This document shows positions 9,276 through 20,174 of a stretch of DNA of 64,000 nt, piece by piece. The position numbers and the translations under genes are program-made. This DNA comes from an uncultured Planctomycetaceae bacterium. Lineage in GTDB: Bacteria; Planctomycetota; Planctomycetia; Planctomycetales; Planctomycetaceae. The notes under the pieces are model-generated. The model was given only the letters and a program-made list of their open reading frames with translations, had not been told where the DNA came from and did no database searches. How positions within the stretch are numbered: the first letter of the stretch is position 1; each line of letters starts with the position of its first letter. The stretch is taken from NCBI GenBank assembly GCA_963976765.1, contig CAXBME010000008.1:186001-250000 (forward strand). The letters are read 5' to 3'.

Positions 9276-11387
9276 TTAGAAGAACCCGCCTCCACCCAAT
9301 CCGCCACCGCTGTTGTGCTTTTGGGCGTCTTCGAGGCTGACGCCTTTGACGTCCATATCAAGTTTCTGCAGGAACTTTTCGATCTTCTCGTGGATCGTGG
9401 GTGTCTGGTCAATAATCAGTACGGCCTGTGGCATGACAAGCAACTCAGTGTTGGACGATGCCGATTTTGTCGTCGAGCCCGTGTTGCGGCTCTTTGTCGC
9501 GTTGCCGCCGTCGTCGGACGGGTTCGAAATCTTCACGACTTTCTGTCCGACTTCGACCTTTGCGATGGTTCCAACGCTCCGTCCTGTATTCGTACTTTGC
9601 TCAAAGGCAGCCGCCTGGATCCAGGTTTCCGGTTCAATCGAAGCGGGCAGGACGGTCAACAGGTCATCTGCCGTTTCTGAAGGAACTCGATAAAATCGTT
9701 TCTCAAGTGGTCCCCGCCGAGCTGAGCGGATGACTTCAGTCGATCGCGTCAATTCCGTGCCCGCCGATTCAAATGTCTTCCCCAGCGAGTTGGCGCGTCG
9801 TTGAGCAGCCAGCAGCTGCCGAATCTCGCGGTGACCTTCGTCGGTTTGCCGCACCAGCATTCTTCCACCGCCGGGCATCAGCAGCACGCCGCCAACACCA
9901 TCACGATCAAGCCATGGGCCGCCATTCGTGCTCTGAATTGCGACCTCAAGCTGCCTTAGCTGCCCGGCCTTGTCGTCAAGATTCCGCACGTCATAGGCAA
10001 CCGTTGTGAGCGTCTCGTTGGCTTTTGATGCAATTGTAATTTCAAGGCAGCCCTCATGAACGATCGCCTGAAGATCGAACGGTTTCAGCGCGAGTCGCAG
10101 AATGGTGCGGAGTGACTGGTGCTGAATCTTGAGCGAGACGGGAGAGTCCAGGTCCCAGCCCTCTTCCTTGAGTGCATTCTCGTCGATACGGATTCGAACT
10201 TCCGCAGCCTCAGACAGGTAAGCGACAACGTCACTGAGTGGTGTATCGGAAAAATCGATGTCTTCAATGCGTTGCTCAATTCGGCTTGCCAGTCGCAAAG
10301 CACTCTCTGGGTAACAGATGGGTAATTCTTTCTCGTGACGAAGAATTGCCGCCAGTAGAAGTTCAATTTCCCGATGAGTCTGCCAGTTCTGACGAATGGT
10401 CAACACGTCGCCAACCAGCGCGAGCGTTCCGCCGTTTCCATCAATGTTCATCCAATGGCCGCTGGTCATCTTCTGAATGGTTTCGATGAGCGAATTCTCC
10501 GTGAATCCGTCAACCAGGAACTGGCGAATAAAGTAGGATCTTGAGATTTCACGTTCTTCCTCGGCCATGCGGGACGTTATGTGGATAATTCCTTCATCGA
10601 CGTACCACTCGGCTTCGTGCATGCGAGTAACCCAGTCAAGGGCCTGTGCCAGCGATATGTGGTTCTTCTGGATGGGATCCTGCTTGCCAGAAGCGTCAGT
10701 TTCCTTGGTCTTGTCCCCTTGTTTAACGGGCAGAAAAGGATCGACACTTATTGTGGTCGGGGTGTCTGTCGCGATTCCGTCTCCGTCCAGGCCGGCCCTG
10801 TCCAGAAGGATCGAAACGTTGTGAAGCGTTGACCAGAAATCCGCAACATCCTCAAGAGGCGTATCGGCGAATTCACCCATCGTCGCATCCTGAAGAAACG
10901 CCGGCGCGACGACTTCTCCGGCAACAACAAAATCGATTGGTCTGTCCCCAGTGACGATCGGTTTGGCAACGTCGGCATTTGAATCCTGAGCTGGTTCCAC
11001 AGGTGAGTTGTTTCCGGGTGTGCTTGAATTCTCAGCGACAATCTGACCTGGACCGGGCAAGCCAGGCCGCCGTAGATCGACGTCGTTCAAAAAGAAAACG
11101 CACACAGCGACCAGTGACGCGATGACGGCGGTTGAGCGCATGATAATTCTCCTGATTCGCTTCTTCGAAACGTTCGTGAAGTCCACCGCCAGCCCAGCCG
11201 CGTCTCCGAATTCGTCAAGCGCCTGTCGGATCGCGTCGTCGCGATTCATGCCAGACCGTACGAGTTCTTCGAACCGCTCTTCCATGTGATCGCGAAGTTC
11301 GTCCGAGATCGCATTCTTCTGCTGCTCATTCAGTCGCAACATTCGACTGAGGACTGACAGATAGAGTTCAAATTCCCGTTCCGGCAT
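9276..11387 (-). CDS. PadR-associated membrane protein: N-terminal helical (permease-prefix/HAAS-like) domain, TM helix, secretin-N/STN-like repeats
   Basis: YL..L...L....ISDELRDHMEE...G....AI..A..EFG N-terminus; repeated F.DTPL.DV..I.ID...L units; VRQT...H.EI..LL; ends GGGGFF. Confidence 0.7.
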   Translation of the reverse strand: MPEREFELYLSVLSRMLRLNEQQKNAISDELRDHMEERFEELVRSGMNRDDAIRQALDEFGDAAGLAVDFTNVSKKRIRRIIMRSTAVIASLVAVCVFFLNDVDLRRPGLPGPGQIVAENSSTPGNNSPVEPAQDSNADVAKPIVTGDRPIDFVVAGEVVAPAFLQDATMGEFADTPLEDVADFWSTLHNVSILLDRAGLDGDGIATDTPTTISVDPFLPVKQGDKTKETDASGKQDPIQKNHISLAQALDWVTRMHEAEWYVDEGIIHITSRMAEEEREISRSYFIRQFLVDGFTENSLIETIQKMTSGHWMNIDGNGGTLALVGDVLTIRQNWQTHREIELLLAAILRHEKELPICYPESALRLASRIEQRIEDIDFSDTPLSDVVAYLSEAAEVRIRIDENALKEEGWDLDSPVSLKIQHQSLRTILRLALKPFDLQAIVHEGCLEITIASKANETLTTVAYDVRNLDDKAGQLRQLEVAIQSTNGGPWLDRDGVGGVLLMPGGGRMLVRQTDEGHREIRQLLAAQRRANSLGKTFESAGTELTRSTEVIRSARRGPLEKRFYRVPSETADDLLTVLPASIEPETWIQAAAFEQSTNTGRSVGTIAKVEVGQKVVKISNPSDDGGNATKSRNTGSTTKSASSNTELLVMPQAVLIIDQTPTIHEKIEKFLQKLDMDVKGVSLEDAQKHNSGGGLGGGGFF

Positions 11388-11453
11388 GAGATCACCTGCC
11401 TTCTGATACAGATTGAGACCGTCTTCGATTTGTGTTGAAGTCGTTGTCCTGGT

Positions 11454-11807
11454 TCACGCCGGCAATGGGCTGGGATCGGCCAGAGGCCCGAGCACTCGAC
11501 GCAGGCACTCGACGTAAGCCTGCCACTCGTCGACTCGTACTTTCAGCTGTTTCTTGCCGGCAGCGGTCAGCTCGTACCATTTGCGGCGGCGGCCGGTGGA
11601 ATCGTCCCAGCGGCAACGAACCATCTTCTTCGTCTCCAGCTTGTGGAGAATTGGGTAGAGCGTCCCCGCCTTCAGATCGACCAGTTCGTCGCTGGCCTCT
11701 TTCAGCCGTTGTTGAATGAGATAGCCGTATTTCGAACCGTCCGACAAAACGGACAACACCATCAGTTCGAGGCTGCCCCGCATCAGTTCCGGGTTCAAAC
11801 CATCCAT
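11454..11807 (-). CDS. PadR family transcriptional regulator
   Basis: LMRGSLELMVLSVL, YGY.I, GTLYPILHKLE, RRKWYELTAAG; start trimmed to ATG 11807. Confidence 0.93.
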   Translation of the reverse strand: MDGLNPELMRGSLELMVLSVLSDGSKYGYLIQQRLKEASDELVDLKAGTLYPILHKLETKKMVRCRWDDSTGRRRKWYELTAAGKKQLKVRVDEWQAYVECLRRVLGPLADPSPLPA

Positions 11808-12041
11808 AACAGATAGACTCCAAATGGGTTGCAAGGCGATATATTGCTTGGCGACGCATAGGCAGTCAATCTGAAAATGTCGATCCCGTTGACTTTCTGA
11901 CATTTCCTGTTGGGAAGTCATTGTCATGCAGGAAGGGAAGCGTCCGGCTGAAAAGTCCTGTGCTGATGGACGGTACTTCTGCGCCGGCTTCGGCAACGAT
12001 ACACTTCTCGCCTTTGCGATACCGTTATTTTCGAGGGACAG

Positions 12042-12923
12042 ATGTCGGATCACGATTCATCACCGAGCGATGGCTCGCCAAAGGAAGCTCTGCCGCATTC
12101 GCAGGAGTGGTTTGATTCGCTCCGCAGGACGCTGGGCGAAGCCGCGTGTCGGCAGTTGGGATTTTACGTCATCCCGAACGAGCTGCTGTTGTCAGTTGTG
12201 ATTCCGGTTTACAACGAGCGTGAGACATTGCAGGGGCTGCTTGACCGGGTGAAGCAGGTGCCGATCCGCAAAGAGATTGTTCTGGTTGATGATTGCAGCA
12301 GAGACGGAACTCGCGACCTGCTGAAAAAACTGGAAGATGAACAGCGGGCGAGTCTGGACTCGGCCAGCGACGATCGCTCGTTGCCCGATAATCGAATGAC
12401 CTTCGTTTATCACGAGAAGAATCAGGGGAAGGGAGCGGCTGTTCGCACCGGCTTCGGAGCCGTGCAGGGCGACATGGTCATCATTCAGGACGCGGATCTT
12501 GAGTACGACCCCTCCGAATACCCACGGCTGTTGCATCCGATTGTCGAAGGCAAGGCGGACGTTGTTTTCGGAAGCCGGTTCCTCGGCGACCAGCCTCACC
12601 GGGTGCTCTATTTCTGGCACTATCTGGGCAATCGATTTCTGACGACGATGTCCAACTGCTTTACAAATCTCAACCTCACCGACATGGAAACCTGCTATAA
12701 GGTCTGCCGTCGCGAGGTTATTGACGAGATCGCCCCGTTGCTCAAGCAGAACCGTTTCGGCTTCGAACCGGAATTCACCTCACGCATCGCTCGACGCGGT
12801 TACCGGGTCTACGAGCTGTCGTGCAGCTACTCGGGCCGGACTTACGAGCAGGGCAAAAAGATCGGCTGGCGAGACGGCTTCTCCGCGCTGTGGTGCATCG
12901 TCCGGTATGGGCTTTCTGACTGA
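12042..12923 (+). CDS. Glycosyltransferase family 2 (DPM synthase-like)
   Basis: [42 protein letters not shown]. Confidence 0.93.
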   Translation: MSDHDSSPSDGSPKEALPHSQEWFDSLRRTLGEAACRQLGFYVIPNELLLSVVIPVYNERETLQGLLDRVKQVPIRKEIVLVDDCSRDGTRDLLKKLEDEQRASLDSASDDRSLPDNRMTFVYHEKNQGKGAAVRTGFGAVQGDMVIIQDADLEYDPSEYPRLLHPIVEGKADVVFGSRFLGDQPHRVLYFWHYLGNRFLTTMSNCFTNLNLTDMETCYKVCRREVIDEIAPLLKQNRFGFEPEFTSRIARRGYRVYELSCSYSGRTYEQGKKIGWRDGFSALWCIVRYGLSD

Positions 12924-13101
12924 TGCGAGTGGTAAAGGCGGAACGGGGCAAAGTGGCGAGACTGGTCTTTGGCTTTGACGGTCGATTCGCGGGATGCCTA
13001 TGATGACCCATCAACAAACCTGAATAGGTTTGACGTCCCACCGCCGTGGCGAACTCTTTGTTCGGCACCCACCGCCTGATCGCCCTCCCTGGAGTTTCTC
13101 G

Positions 13102-15417
13102 ATGGTTGTTTCGAGGCTCAGTAGTTGTCTTGCCACGCTGTTTATCGTCTGCGGATTTGACGGTGCCGTTTCCGTGATGGAAGCCGCTCCGGCGGTCTCG
13201 ACAACGGAACCTCAGGCAGTCGCCGCCGGACAGCAGATCGACGTCAGGCTTCGCGGGAGCGACCTGGCAGGAGCATCGCAGCTTTGGACACAGTTTGGAG
13301 CGGCCGCTCAACTTTCGCCTGACGTTAAAGACAACGGCACAAACGCTGCCGACGTTACCTGGCGACTGAACGTGCCCGCCGACGTTCCGGTGGGAATTCA
13401 CGGGTTGCGGGTGGCTGGTCCGAATGGAGTTTCGTCGCTGAAGTTGATCATGGTGGACGACCTGCCTTCCGTAGCGGCTGCCGCGGGAAACACGACGATC
13501 GACAAGGCTCAGGAGATCGCTCCGTCAGTCGCGGTCGATGGAGCCGTCGCGAATCTTTCACGCAATTACTACCGAGTGAAAGTCGCCGCCGGTCAGAAGC
13601 TGTCGTTTGAAGTCGTCGCTCGACGGCTGGGTTCAGCGCTTGATCCGTTGCTGAGGATTCTCGACGCCAGGGGGCGAGAGCTGACTTACAGCGATGACGA
13701 ACCGGGGCTGCGAGGCGACGCGCGGCTGCATTACACGTTTGCGGACGCGGGCGATTACGTCGTCGAAGTTCGCGATATCCGCTATCAGGGCGGGGCAGGG
13801 CACTTCTATCGGTTGCGAGTCGGCGACTTCCCGTGTCTGTCGAGTCCTTATCCGATGGGGGTGACGAGAGGTTCTGTCGCAAAGGTGTCGTTCGTTGGTT
13901 CTGACGTTGACGGCGTCGGCCAGGCCGAAGTGCGGGCACCGTCAGATCCAAAGATCGAATGGGTGAACGTGGCCGCTCGACGGGCCGGCGGCAGGAGCAG
14001 TGGCTTTGCGATGCTCCGAATTGAAGACTCATCGGTTACTGTCGAGGCTGAACCAAACAACGAACCTGCCAAAGCAACTCGCGTCGAACTCGGAGCATCC
14101 GTCAACGGTCGTGTCGAAGCCCCAGGCGACATTGACCACTTTGTCTTCTCCGCGAAGAAGGATCAGAAGTTTCGATTTCACGTCGTCACTCGCCGCCAGG
14201 GATCTCCTGCGTCGGCCTATCTGCGCCTGCTGAAAGCTGACGGTGGACAGGTTGCGGCCAAAGAAGACTTTGGGGTTGGTGACGCATTTTTCGACTACAC
14301 CTTTCCGGCAGACGGTGATTACACGCTGGCTGTCGAAGAGCTTCACCAGCGAGGCGGAGCGGCCTTCACTTATCGAGTCGAAGCTCAACCCATCACGCCG
14401 TCTTTCGACCTGACGGCAGCCGCCGACGTGATCAATGTGGGGGCGGGCTCGACGGCAATGATCACCGTGGACGTGGCTCGTCGAGGCTACAACGGGCCGA
14501 TTCAAATTGCCGCGACCAATCTTCCGGCAGGTGTGACGAGCAATCCGACAGTCGCCGGACCCGGTACGAAATCGGTCGTACTGACAATCAGCAGCGCGGT
14601 CGACACTGCTCCCGGAACGTTCGTTCCTGTGCAGATTGTCGGACGAGGGCAGAATGGTTCTGACGAGTTCGAAGTGGTCGCTCGAACTGAAGACGCGCTG
14701 AAGGCGTCGTTCAACTCGCTGCCTTGGGGGCCGCAGAATCTCGACGGGTACGTCGCTGTTGGAGTGGCACCGAAGCCGCAGATTCGGCTTCGTCCGGAAG
14801 TGGGCGAAGTTGTTTTCGGCCAAAGCCTGTCGGCATCGGTAAAGGTTCTTGTCGATCGCGACGCCGGCTTTGACGAGGCGATTACGCTGGCAGTCACTCC
14901 CGAAGCGAACAAGGGAGGACTGCCTGGCAACGTTACCGCAGCCGTGACGCCAATTGCGAAGGGGCAAAGCGAAGCGGTTATTACTTTCACGGCGACGGAC
15001 AAAGCCGCTTTGGGAGACTTCACCGCGGTCATGACCGGAACGATCAAGCAGGGCAAAACAACGGTCGTGCAGACAGTGCCCGGAATCACGCTGCGACTTC
15101 AGACGCCGATGACGCTTGCTCTGATGCCGGGCAGCGACAAACTCGCCGCTGGTACGGAGCTGAAGGCAAAGGTCACCGTTGAGCGTAATCCGGCACTGAA
15201 AGGCGAAGTCGTGCTGACGTTCCAGAACCTGCCGAAGGGCGTGACAGCGTCGGAAGCAAAGATTCCCGCCGACCAGAACGAAACCGAAGTGACGCTGGTC
15301 GCGGCGCCCGATGCGGTTAAAGGAGTGATCAACAATCTCAGCGTGAAGGCCGAGGCGACTGTTGGCAAAGTAAAGGTCTCGGCTGATTCGCCCAATGTAA
15401 AACTCACTGTCGAATAG
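13102..15417 (+). CDS. Planctomycete PPC (pre-peptidase C-terminal) domain protein
   Basis: EAEPNN, GDIDHFVF, ARRLGSALDP.L.ILD..G, GDY.VEVRD..Y.GG..FYRL; GGAG before ATG 13102. Confidence 0.8.
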   Translation: MVVSRLSSCLATLFIVCGFDGAVSVMEAAPAVSTTEPQAVAAGQQIDVRLRGSDLAGASQLWTQFGAAAQLSPDVKDNGTNAADVTWRLNVPADVPVGIHGLRVAGPNGVSSLKLIMVDDLPSVAAAAGNTTIDKAQEIAPSVAVDGAVANLSRNYYRVKVAAGQKLSFEVVARRLGSALDPLLRILDARGRELTYSDDEPGLRGDARLHYTFADAGDYVVEVRDIRYQGGAGHFYRLRVGDFPCLSSPYPMGVTRGSVAKVSFVGSDVDGVGQAEVRAPSDPKIEWVNVAARRAGGRSSGFAMLRIEDSSVTVEAEPNNEPAKATRVELGASVNGRVEAPGDIDHFVFSAKKDQKFRFHVVTRRQGSPASAYLRLLKADGGQVAAKEDFGVGDAFFDYTFPADGDYTLAVEELHQRGGAAFTYRVEAQPITPSFDLTAAADVINVGAGSTAMITVDVARRGYNGPIQIAATNLPAGVTSNPTVAGPGTKSVVLTISSAVDTAPGTFVPVQIVGRGQNGSDEFEVVARTEDALKASFNSLPWGPQNLDGYVAVGVAPKPQIRLRPEVGEVVFGQSLSASVKVLVDRDAGFDEAITLAVTPEANKGGLPGNVTAAVTPIAKGQSEAVITFTATDKAALGDFTAVMTGTIKQGKTTVVQTVPGITLRLQTPMTLALMPGSDKLAAGTELKAKVTVERNPALKGEVVLTFQNLPKGVTASEAKIPADQNETEVTLVAAPDAVKGVINNLSVKAEATVGKVKVSADSPNVKLTVE

Positions 15418-15514
15418 ACCGCCCGTTGCCGTTTGGCAAATCCTGAAATACCCGACTTCGTCAAACGTTGAACCTACCAGACTCTGACGATTCATTATTC
15501 GGAGAGGCATTCAG

Positions 15515-17998
15515 ATGCGTCGATCAATTTCAACTTATGAGCAGCATCTCGAACAAACCACCCAGTGGCGAGCGAACATTCTGAAACTGACCGCTGTTAT
15601 GGTCGGATTGAGCATTCTTTCGCAATGCAGCCAGGCCGCTGACGAGCCATCGAAGTTGACAACCGAGTCGTCGAAATTCGAACTGGCCGGTTTGAGATCT
15701 CAGAAGCAGATCGTCGTGACCGGACAGTTCGGCGAGGACGTCCGGGACGTCACTCACCTGGCGAAGCTGACGACTTCTGACGAGAAGGTTGTCAGGCTGG
15801 AAGGCTCCATTGCTCGGCCAGTCGGCGACGGAGCCGCAAAGATTGCATGCCAGTTGGGGGCTCAGACGGTTGTGATCGACGTCGTCGTTAAAGGGACGTC
15901 TGTTCCGAATCCGGTCAGCTTTCAGAACGAAACTCTGGCTGCACTCAGCAAAGCTGGCTGCAACATGGGAGCGTGTCACGGTTCGCCGTCAGGCAAGGGC
16001 GGCTTTCGACTTTCGTTAAGAGCTTTCGATCCGCCGCTCGATATCCTCACGTTACGTTCGGAATTCTTCGGTCGAAGGACCAACCCGCTGAAGCCGGACG
16101 AAAGCCTGCTGCTTCAGAAACCGCTGATGGAAGTCGCTCATGGCGGCGGTCGACGCTTGACGAAAGGGGGGCCGGCGTGGCAGGTTCTGCATAACTGGAT
16201 CGGCGAAGGCTTGCAGCTCGATCAACCGGAATCGCCCACGCTGGCTCGCATCGAAATTCTTCCGAGCCAACGAGTCCTGCGGGACGCTTCGGACCGGCAG
16301 CAACTTTCTGTCAATGGTTACTTCAGCGACGGCTCAGTTCGTGACCTGACCGCGTTAACGGTCTTCACTTCTTCGAACGAGTCGGTCGCCAGCGTCGACG
16401 ACAACGGACTTGTCGAGAAAACAGGACGTGGCGAAACTGCCATCCTTGCTCGCTACCTCGACAGAATGGCCACTGCGGATGTGACGTTCCTCGAAGAAGT
16501 CCCCGGCTTTAAGTGGAGCAACCCGCCGGAAAATAACTTTGTCGACACGCACAGTTTCGCCAAGTTGAAGCAGCTTCAGATTCTTCCTTCTGACGTCTGC
16601 ACTGACGAAGAATTCCTGCGGCGGGCGTATCTCGATCTGACGGGGCGTCTGCCTCGGATCGACGAAACACAGGCATTCCTCGCCACCGCGGCTGATGGCC
16701 GCCGGGCGAAGCTGGTCGATACCTTGCTTGAGAGTGACGACTTTGCCGAGTTCTGGACGCTCAAGTGGAGCGACATTCTTCGGTCAAACAGCAAGAAACT
16801 CACGACGACCGGAGTCCACAAATTCCAGCGGTGGGTCTACGACGGAATTCGCACGGACAAGGGGCTTGATAAGCTGGCTCACGAACTGTTGACAGCCAGC
16901 GGCAGCGTTTTCGAGAACCCCGCCGCCAGCTACTGGCGAGCCAGCCGTGACCCGAACGACGCCACCGAAACGACGGCGCAGCTCTTCCTGGGAATTCGGA
17001 TTCAATGTGCCAAGTGTCACAACCATCCATTCGAAAAATGGTCGCAGGACAACTACTACGGAATCGCCGCTGCCTTCACTCGGATCGGCCGGCAGAAAGG
17101 CGCGATGCCGGACGAAGAGATTATCCACGTCACACGTTCCGGCGAGATCAAACAGCCTCGAACCGGGCAGACGATGAAAGTTCATCTGCTACTGAAAGGT
17201 GATGTTGACGTGCCTGCTGACCAGGATCGTCGGCAAGTGTTTGCGGACTGGCTGGTGTCTGCCGAGAATCCGTTCTTCGCGAAGTCCGCAGTGAATCGAA
17301 TCTGGGGACATCTGATGGGGCGAGGAATTGTCGAACCTGTCGATGATTTCCGGGATTCGAATCCTCCATCGAATGCAGCGTTACTTGACTCGCTCGCTGA
17401 GCAGTTTGCGAGAAATGGCTTCAGCCGAAAGTGGGCCATTCGCACGATCATGAACAGCCGCGTTTACCAACTCAGTTCTAAGAAGAACGACTTCAACGCC
17501 GACGATGAAATCTACGCCTCGCATGCGACGCCGCGTTTGCTTTCGGCCGAACAGCTCCTCGATGCCATTTGCCAGGTGACGGACGTCGCGGAAAGTTTCA
17601 AAGGGCTGCCTGCCGGGACGCGAGCGATCGCTCTTCCTGACCCTCCGACGGATCACTACTTTCTGAAAGTCTTTGGTCAGCCTCAGCGGGAAATGGCCTG
17701 CCAGTGTGAACGGTCCAGCGAGTCAAATCTTTCTCAGGCTTTGCAGATGATCAACGGCCCGACCGTGCATAACAAACTCCGGGCCGACAATGGTCGAATT
17801 CATCAGATGGTTAAGGCGAACAAGTCCGACGACGACATCATCACCACGCTTTACCTGGCGGCTTTGGCGAGGGAACCGGTCGAGGCTGAACTGAATGCTT
17901 CGCGAAAACACATCGCCGGCAGCTCCGACCGATTGCTCGCTCTGGAAGATGTCGGCTGGGCGATTCTGAACTCGAAGGAGTTCCTCTTCCAGCACTGA
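15515..17998 (+). CDS. DUF1549/DUF1553 (PSD1) protein with Ig-like (Big_2) domains
   Basis: GCNMGACHG, FLRRAYLDLTGRLP, FLGIRIQCAKCHNHPF, VNRIWGHLMGRGIVEPVDD, WAILNSKEFLFQH. Confidence 0.9.
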   Translation: MRRSISTYEQHLEQTTQWRANILKLTAVMVGLSILSQCSQAADEPSKLTTESSKFELAGLRSQKQIVVTGQFGEDVRDVTHLAKLTTSDEKVVRLEGSIARPVGDGAAKIACQLGAQTVVIDVVVKGTSVPNPVSFQNETLAALSKAGCNMGACHGSPSGKGGFRLSLRAFDPPLDILTLRSEFFGRRTNPLKPDESLLLQKPLMEVAHGGGRRLTKGGPAWQVLHNWIGEGLQLDQPESPTLARIEILPSQRVLRDASDRQQLSVNGYFSDGSVRDLTALTVFTSSNESVASVDDNGLVEKTGRGETAILARYLDRMATADVTFLEEVPGFKWSNPPENNFVDTHSFAKLKQLQILPSDVCTDEEFLRRAYLDLTGRLPRIDETQAFLATAADGRRAKLVDTLLESDDFAEFWTLKWSDILRSNSKKLTTTGVHKFQRWVYDGIRTDKGLDKLAHELLTASGSVFENPAASYWRASRDPNDATETTAQLFLGIRIQCAKCHNHPFEKWSQDNYYGIAAAFTRIGRQKGAMPDEEIIHVTRSGEIKQPRTGQTMKVHLLLKGDVDVPADQDRRQVFADWLVSAENPFFAKSAVNRIWGHLMGRGIVEPVDDFRDSNPPSNAALLDSLAEQFARNGFSRKWAIRTIMNSRVYQLSSKKNDFNADDEIYASHATPRLLSAEQLLDAICQVTDVAESFKGLPAGTRAIALPDPPTDHYFLKVFGQPQREMACQCERSSESNLSQALQMINGPTVHNKLRADNGRIHQMVKANKSDDDIITTLYLAALAREPVEAELNASRKHIAGSSDRLLALEDVGWAILNSKEFLFQH

Positions 17999-18074
17999 TA
18001 TTCTGAAAGCTCAACCAACTCATGAAGCTCGGCTTTCAAGTAAGGCCGGGCTTCTGTTTTTTCGATAGACAACC

Positions 18075-18818
18075 ATGGGGACACATCACGTGAGCACGCT
18101 TGAAGGAAAGACGGTGTTAGTCACAGGCGGGGGAAGTGGAATCGGAGCGGAGATTGCCAGAACTCTGGCTGCCAACGGGTGCCGAGTGGCAATCACGGGG
18201 CGTCGCGAATCGAGACTGCAGGAAGTTGTTGACAGCTCGCCGCACGAAATTATTTTTCGAGTCTGCGATGTTGCCGATCGAGCTGATGTGGCGAAGCTCG
18301 TTGAGTGGGCTCGAGAGATGTTGGGGTCTGTCGAAGTTCTCGTGAACAGTGCCGGCATCAACGTCGCGAAACGCTCCATGGCCGATCTCGATCCTGCCGA
18401 CTGGGACAAGCTGCTCCAGATCAACGCGACGGGCGCCTACAACTGCATTCGTGCGGTTCTTCCCCAAATGCGAGAGAAGCAGGACGGCGTGATCGTCAAC
18501 ATCAGCTCGGTGGCTGGAATCCGAGCTGGTCTGCTTGGCGGAGTTGCCTACAACGCCTCGAAGTTTGCCATGTCGGCACTCAGCCTGACGGTTGGTGAGG
18601 AAGAGAGCAGAAACGGAATCCGACTGACGTCAATCTACCCCGGTGAGGTCGAGACTCCGATTCTGGACGAGCGACCGGTGCCGGTTTCGGCTGAGCATCG
18701 TGCCAGAATTCTGCAACCGGAAGACCTTGCGGCGGCGGCATTGATGGTCATCAGTCTGCCGCCAAGGGCTCGGGTGCCTGAGCTTGTCATGATCCCGACA
18801 ACTCAATCATTTACGTGA
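18075..18818 (+). CDS. Short-chain dehydrogenase/reductase
   Basis: TGGGSGIG, NSAG, YNASK. Confidence 0.93.
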   Translation: MGTHHVSTLEGKTVLVTGGGSGIGAEIARTLAANGCRVAITGRRESRLQEVVDSSPHEIIFRVCDVADRADVAKLVEWAREMLGSVEVLVNSAGINVAKRSMADLDPADWDKLLQINATGAYNCIRAVLPQMREKQDGVIVNISSVAGIRAGLLGGVAYNASKFAMSALSLTVGEEESRNGIRLTSIYPGEVETPILDERPVPVSAEHRARILQPEDLAAAALMVISLPPRARVPELVMIPTTQSFT

Positions 18819-18996
18819 TATTCAGGGACGATCTGTCGATTTCCCGCTGAGGATTGAATTGACGGAACACTCCCGTAATTATGGCCGCATTCGCCTCGAA
18901 CGAGGCGGTCGTCCCGTGTTTTTCTACCTCGAACCGAATCGTGCGCCCGGTCAGCCGACCGGCCTATCTGCGCCGAATCTTCATATTGACTTTCCG

Positions 18997-20112
18997 ATGG
19001 AGCACACAGCAGTGAGCGATAATTCTCTCGATCAGAAGATGGCTGCCGCACAGGAACGGCTCGACGCCCATGTGCGAGAAAGTGTCGAATGGCATTTTAA
19101 CCCTGAAACAGGCTGCGATTACTGGCTGGAGAAGGCAAAGACGCTGGACTTTGACCCTCGAAAAGAGATTCAGTGTTTCGAGGATGTGAAGAAGTTCCCT
19201 TTGTTCGAGGATGAAGACCTGCGAGGTGGCCCGCTCGATAAGTGGATTCCTAAAGGTCTCGCCGGCAAGCCGACGTACGTCTTTGAAACTGGCGGAACGA
19301 CCGGGATTCCAAAATCGCGAGTGGTCATTGAGGATCACTGGATCGACTACGAGAACTTCAGCGAAACGCTCCCGGACGAGCATTTTCCACGCGGAGCCAA
19401 CTGGCTGATGCTTGGCCCGTCTGGCCCCCGTCGCTTGCGGCTGGCTGTTGAACATCTTGCTCAGCATCGAGGCGGTATTTGCTTTTGTGTCGACCTCGAT
19501 CCACGCTGGGTTGTCAAGCTCCTTAAGAAGGGCAAGACCGAAGAAGCCAAGGCCTACGCCGCTCACGTTATCGATCAGGCCGTAACCATCCTTCGAGCTA
19601 ACCACAACGTGCAGTGCATGTTCGCCACTCCGAAGCTGCTGGAAGCTCTGGCTCTGCGTCTGATGGACGATGGTGGCAGCATCGAAGAAGCCGGTATTAA
19701 AGGTATCTTTGCGGGCGGCACCGAATTCACGCCGCAGTGGTATCGATTCTGCAAAGAAGAACTGCTCGGCGACAACGTTTTCATCACGCCAACGTACGGC
19801 AACACTTTGATGGGGCTGGCTTGTGGAAAACCTTTCGACATCGCCGACGAGTACAAAATTACGTACTTCGCTCCTCAGCCGCGAGCAGTCATCGAAGTTG
19901 TCCAGTTCGATGATTACAACAAGGTTGTCGAAGTTGGCGAAACCGGTCGAGTGAAACTCTACACGTTTACGAAAGAGCTGTTCATTCCAGGTTTCATGGA
20001 ACGAGACGAAGGAGAACGCGAGCCGGCCATCGACGTCTACCCCTGGCACGGCATCAGCGGCACTCGCCCATTCCATGAACTACTCAAGACGACAACCGTC
20101 GGTGTCTACTGA
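18997..20112 (+). CDS. GriC/EhpF-like (LuxE/PaaK-related) acyl-adenylating protein
   Basis: FETGGTTG.PK P-loop, WLMLGPSGP, DLDPRWVVK, YGNTLMG, ERD; start 18997 or GTG 19012. Confidence 0.7.
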   Translation: MEHTAVSDNSLDQKMAAAQERLDAHVRESVEWHFNPETGCDYWLEKAKTLDFDPRKEIQCFEDVKKFPLFEDEDLRGGPLDKWIPKGLAGKPTYVFETGGTTGIPKSRVVIEDHWIDYENFSETLPDEHFPRGANWLMLGPSGPRRLRLAVEHLAQHRGGICFCVDLDPRWVVKLLKKGKTEEAKAYAAHVIDQAVTILRANHNVQCMFATPKLLEALALRLMDDGGSIEEAGIKGIFAGGTEFTPQWYRFCKEELLGDNVFITPTYGNTLMGLACGKPFDIADEYKITYFAPQPRAVIEVVQFDDYNKVVEVGETGRVKLYTFTKELFIPGFMERDEGEREPAIDVYPWHGISGTRPFHELLKTTTVGVY

Positions 20113-20174
20113 GGCAATGACCGTTTTCGTTTCCACTATCAATGCGGCACACGCGGCAAGTTAGGAAAATTCCG

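Noticed and set aside
14029..15510. Long antisense ORFs (also 2299-3270, 18964-20076, 39862-40806, 46949-48166)
   Set aside because: They shadow well-supported genes on the opposite strand, as expected from GC-rich codon bias, and show no motifs.
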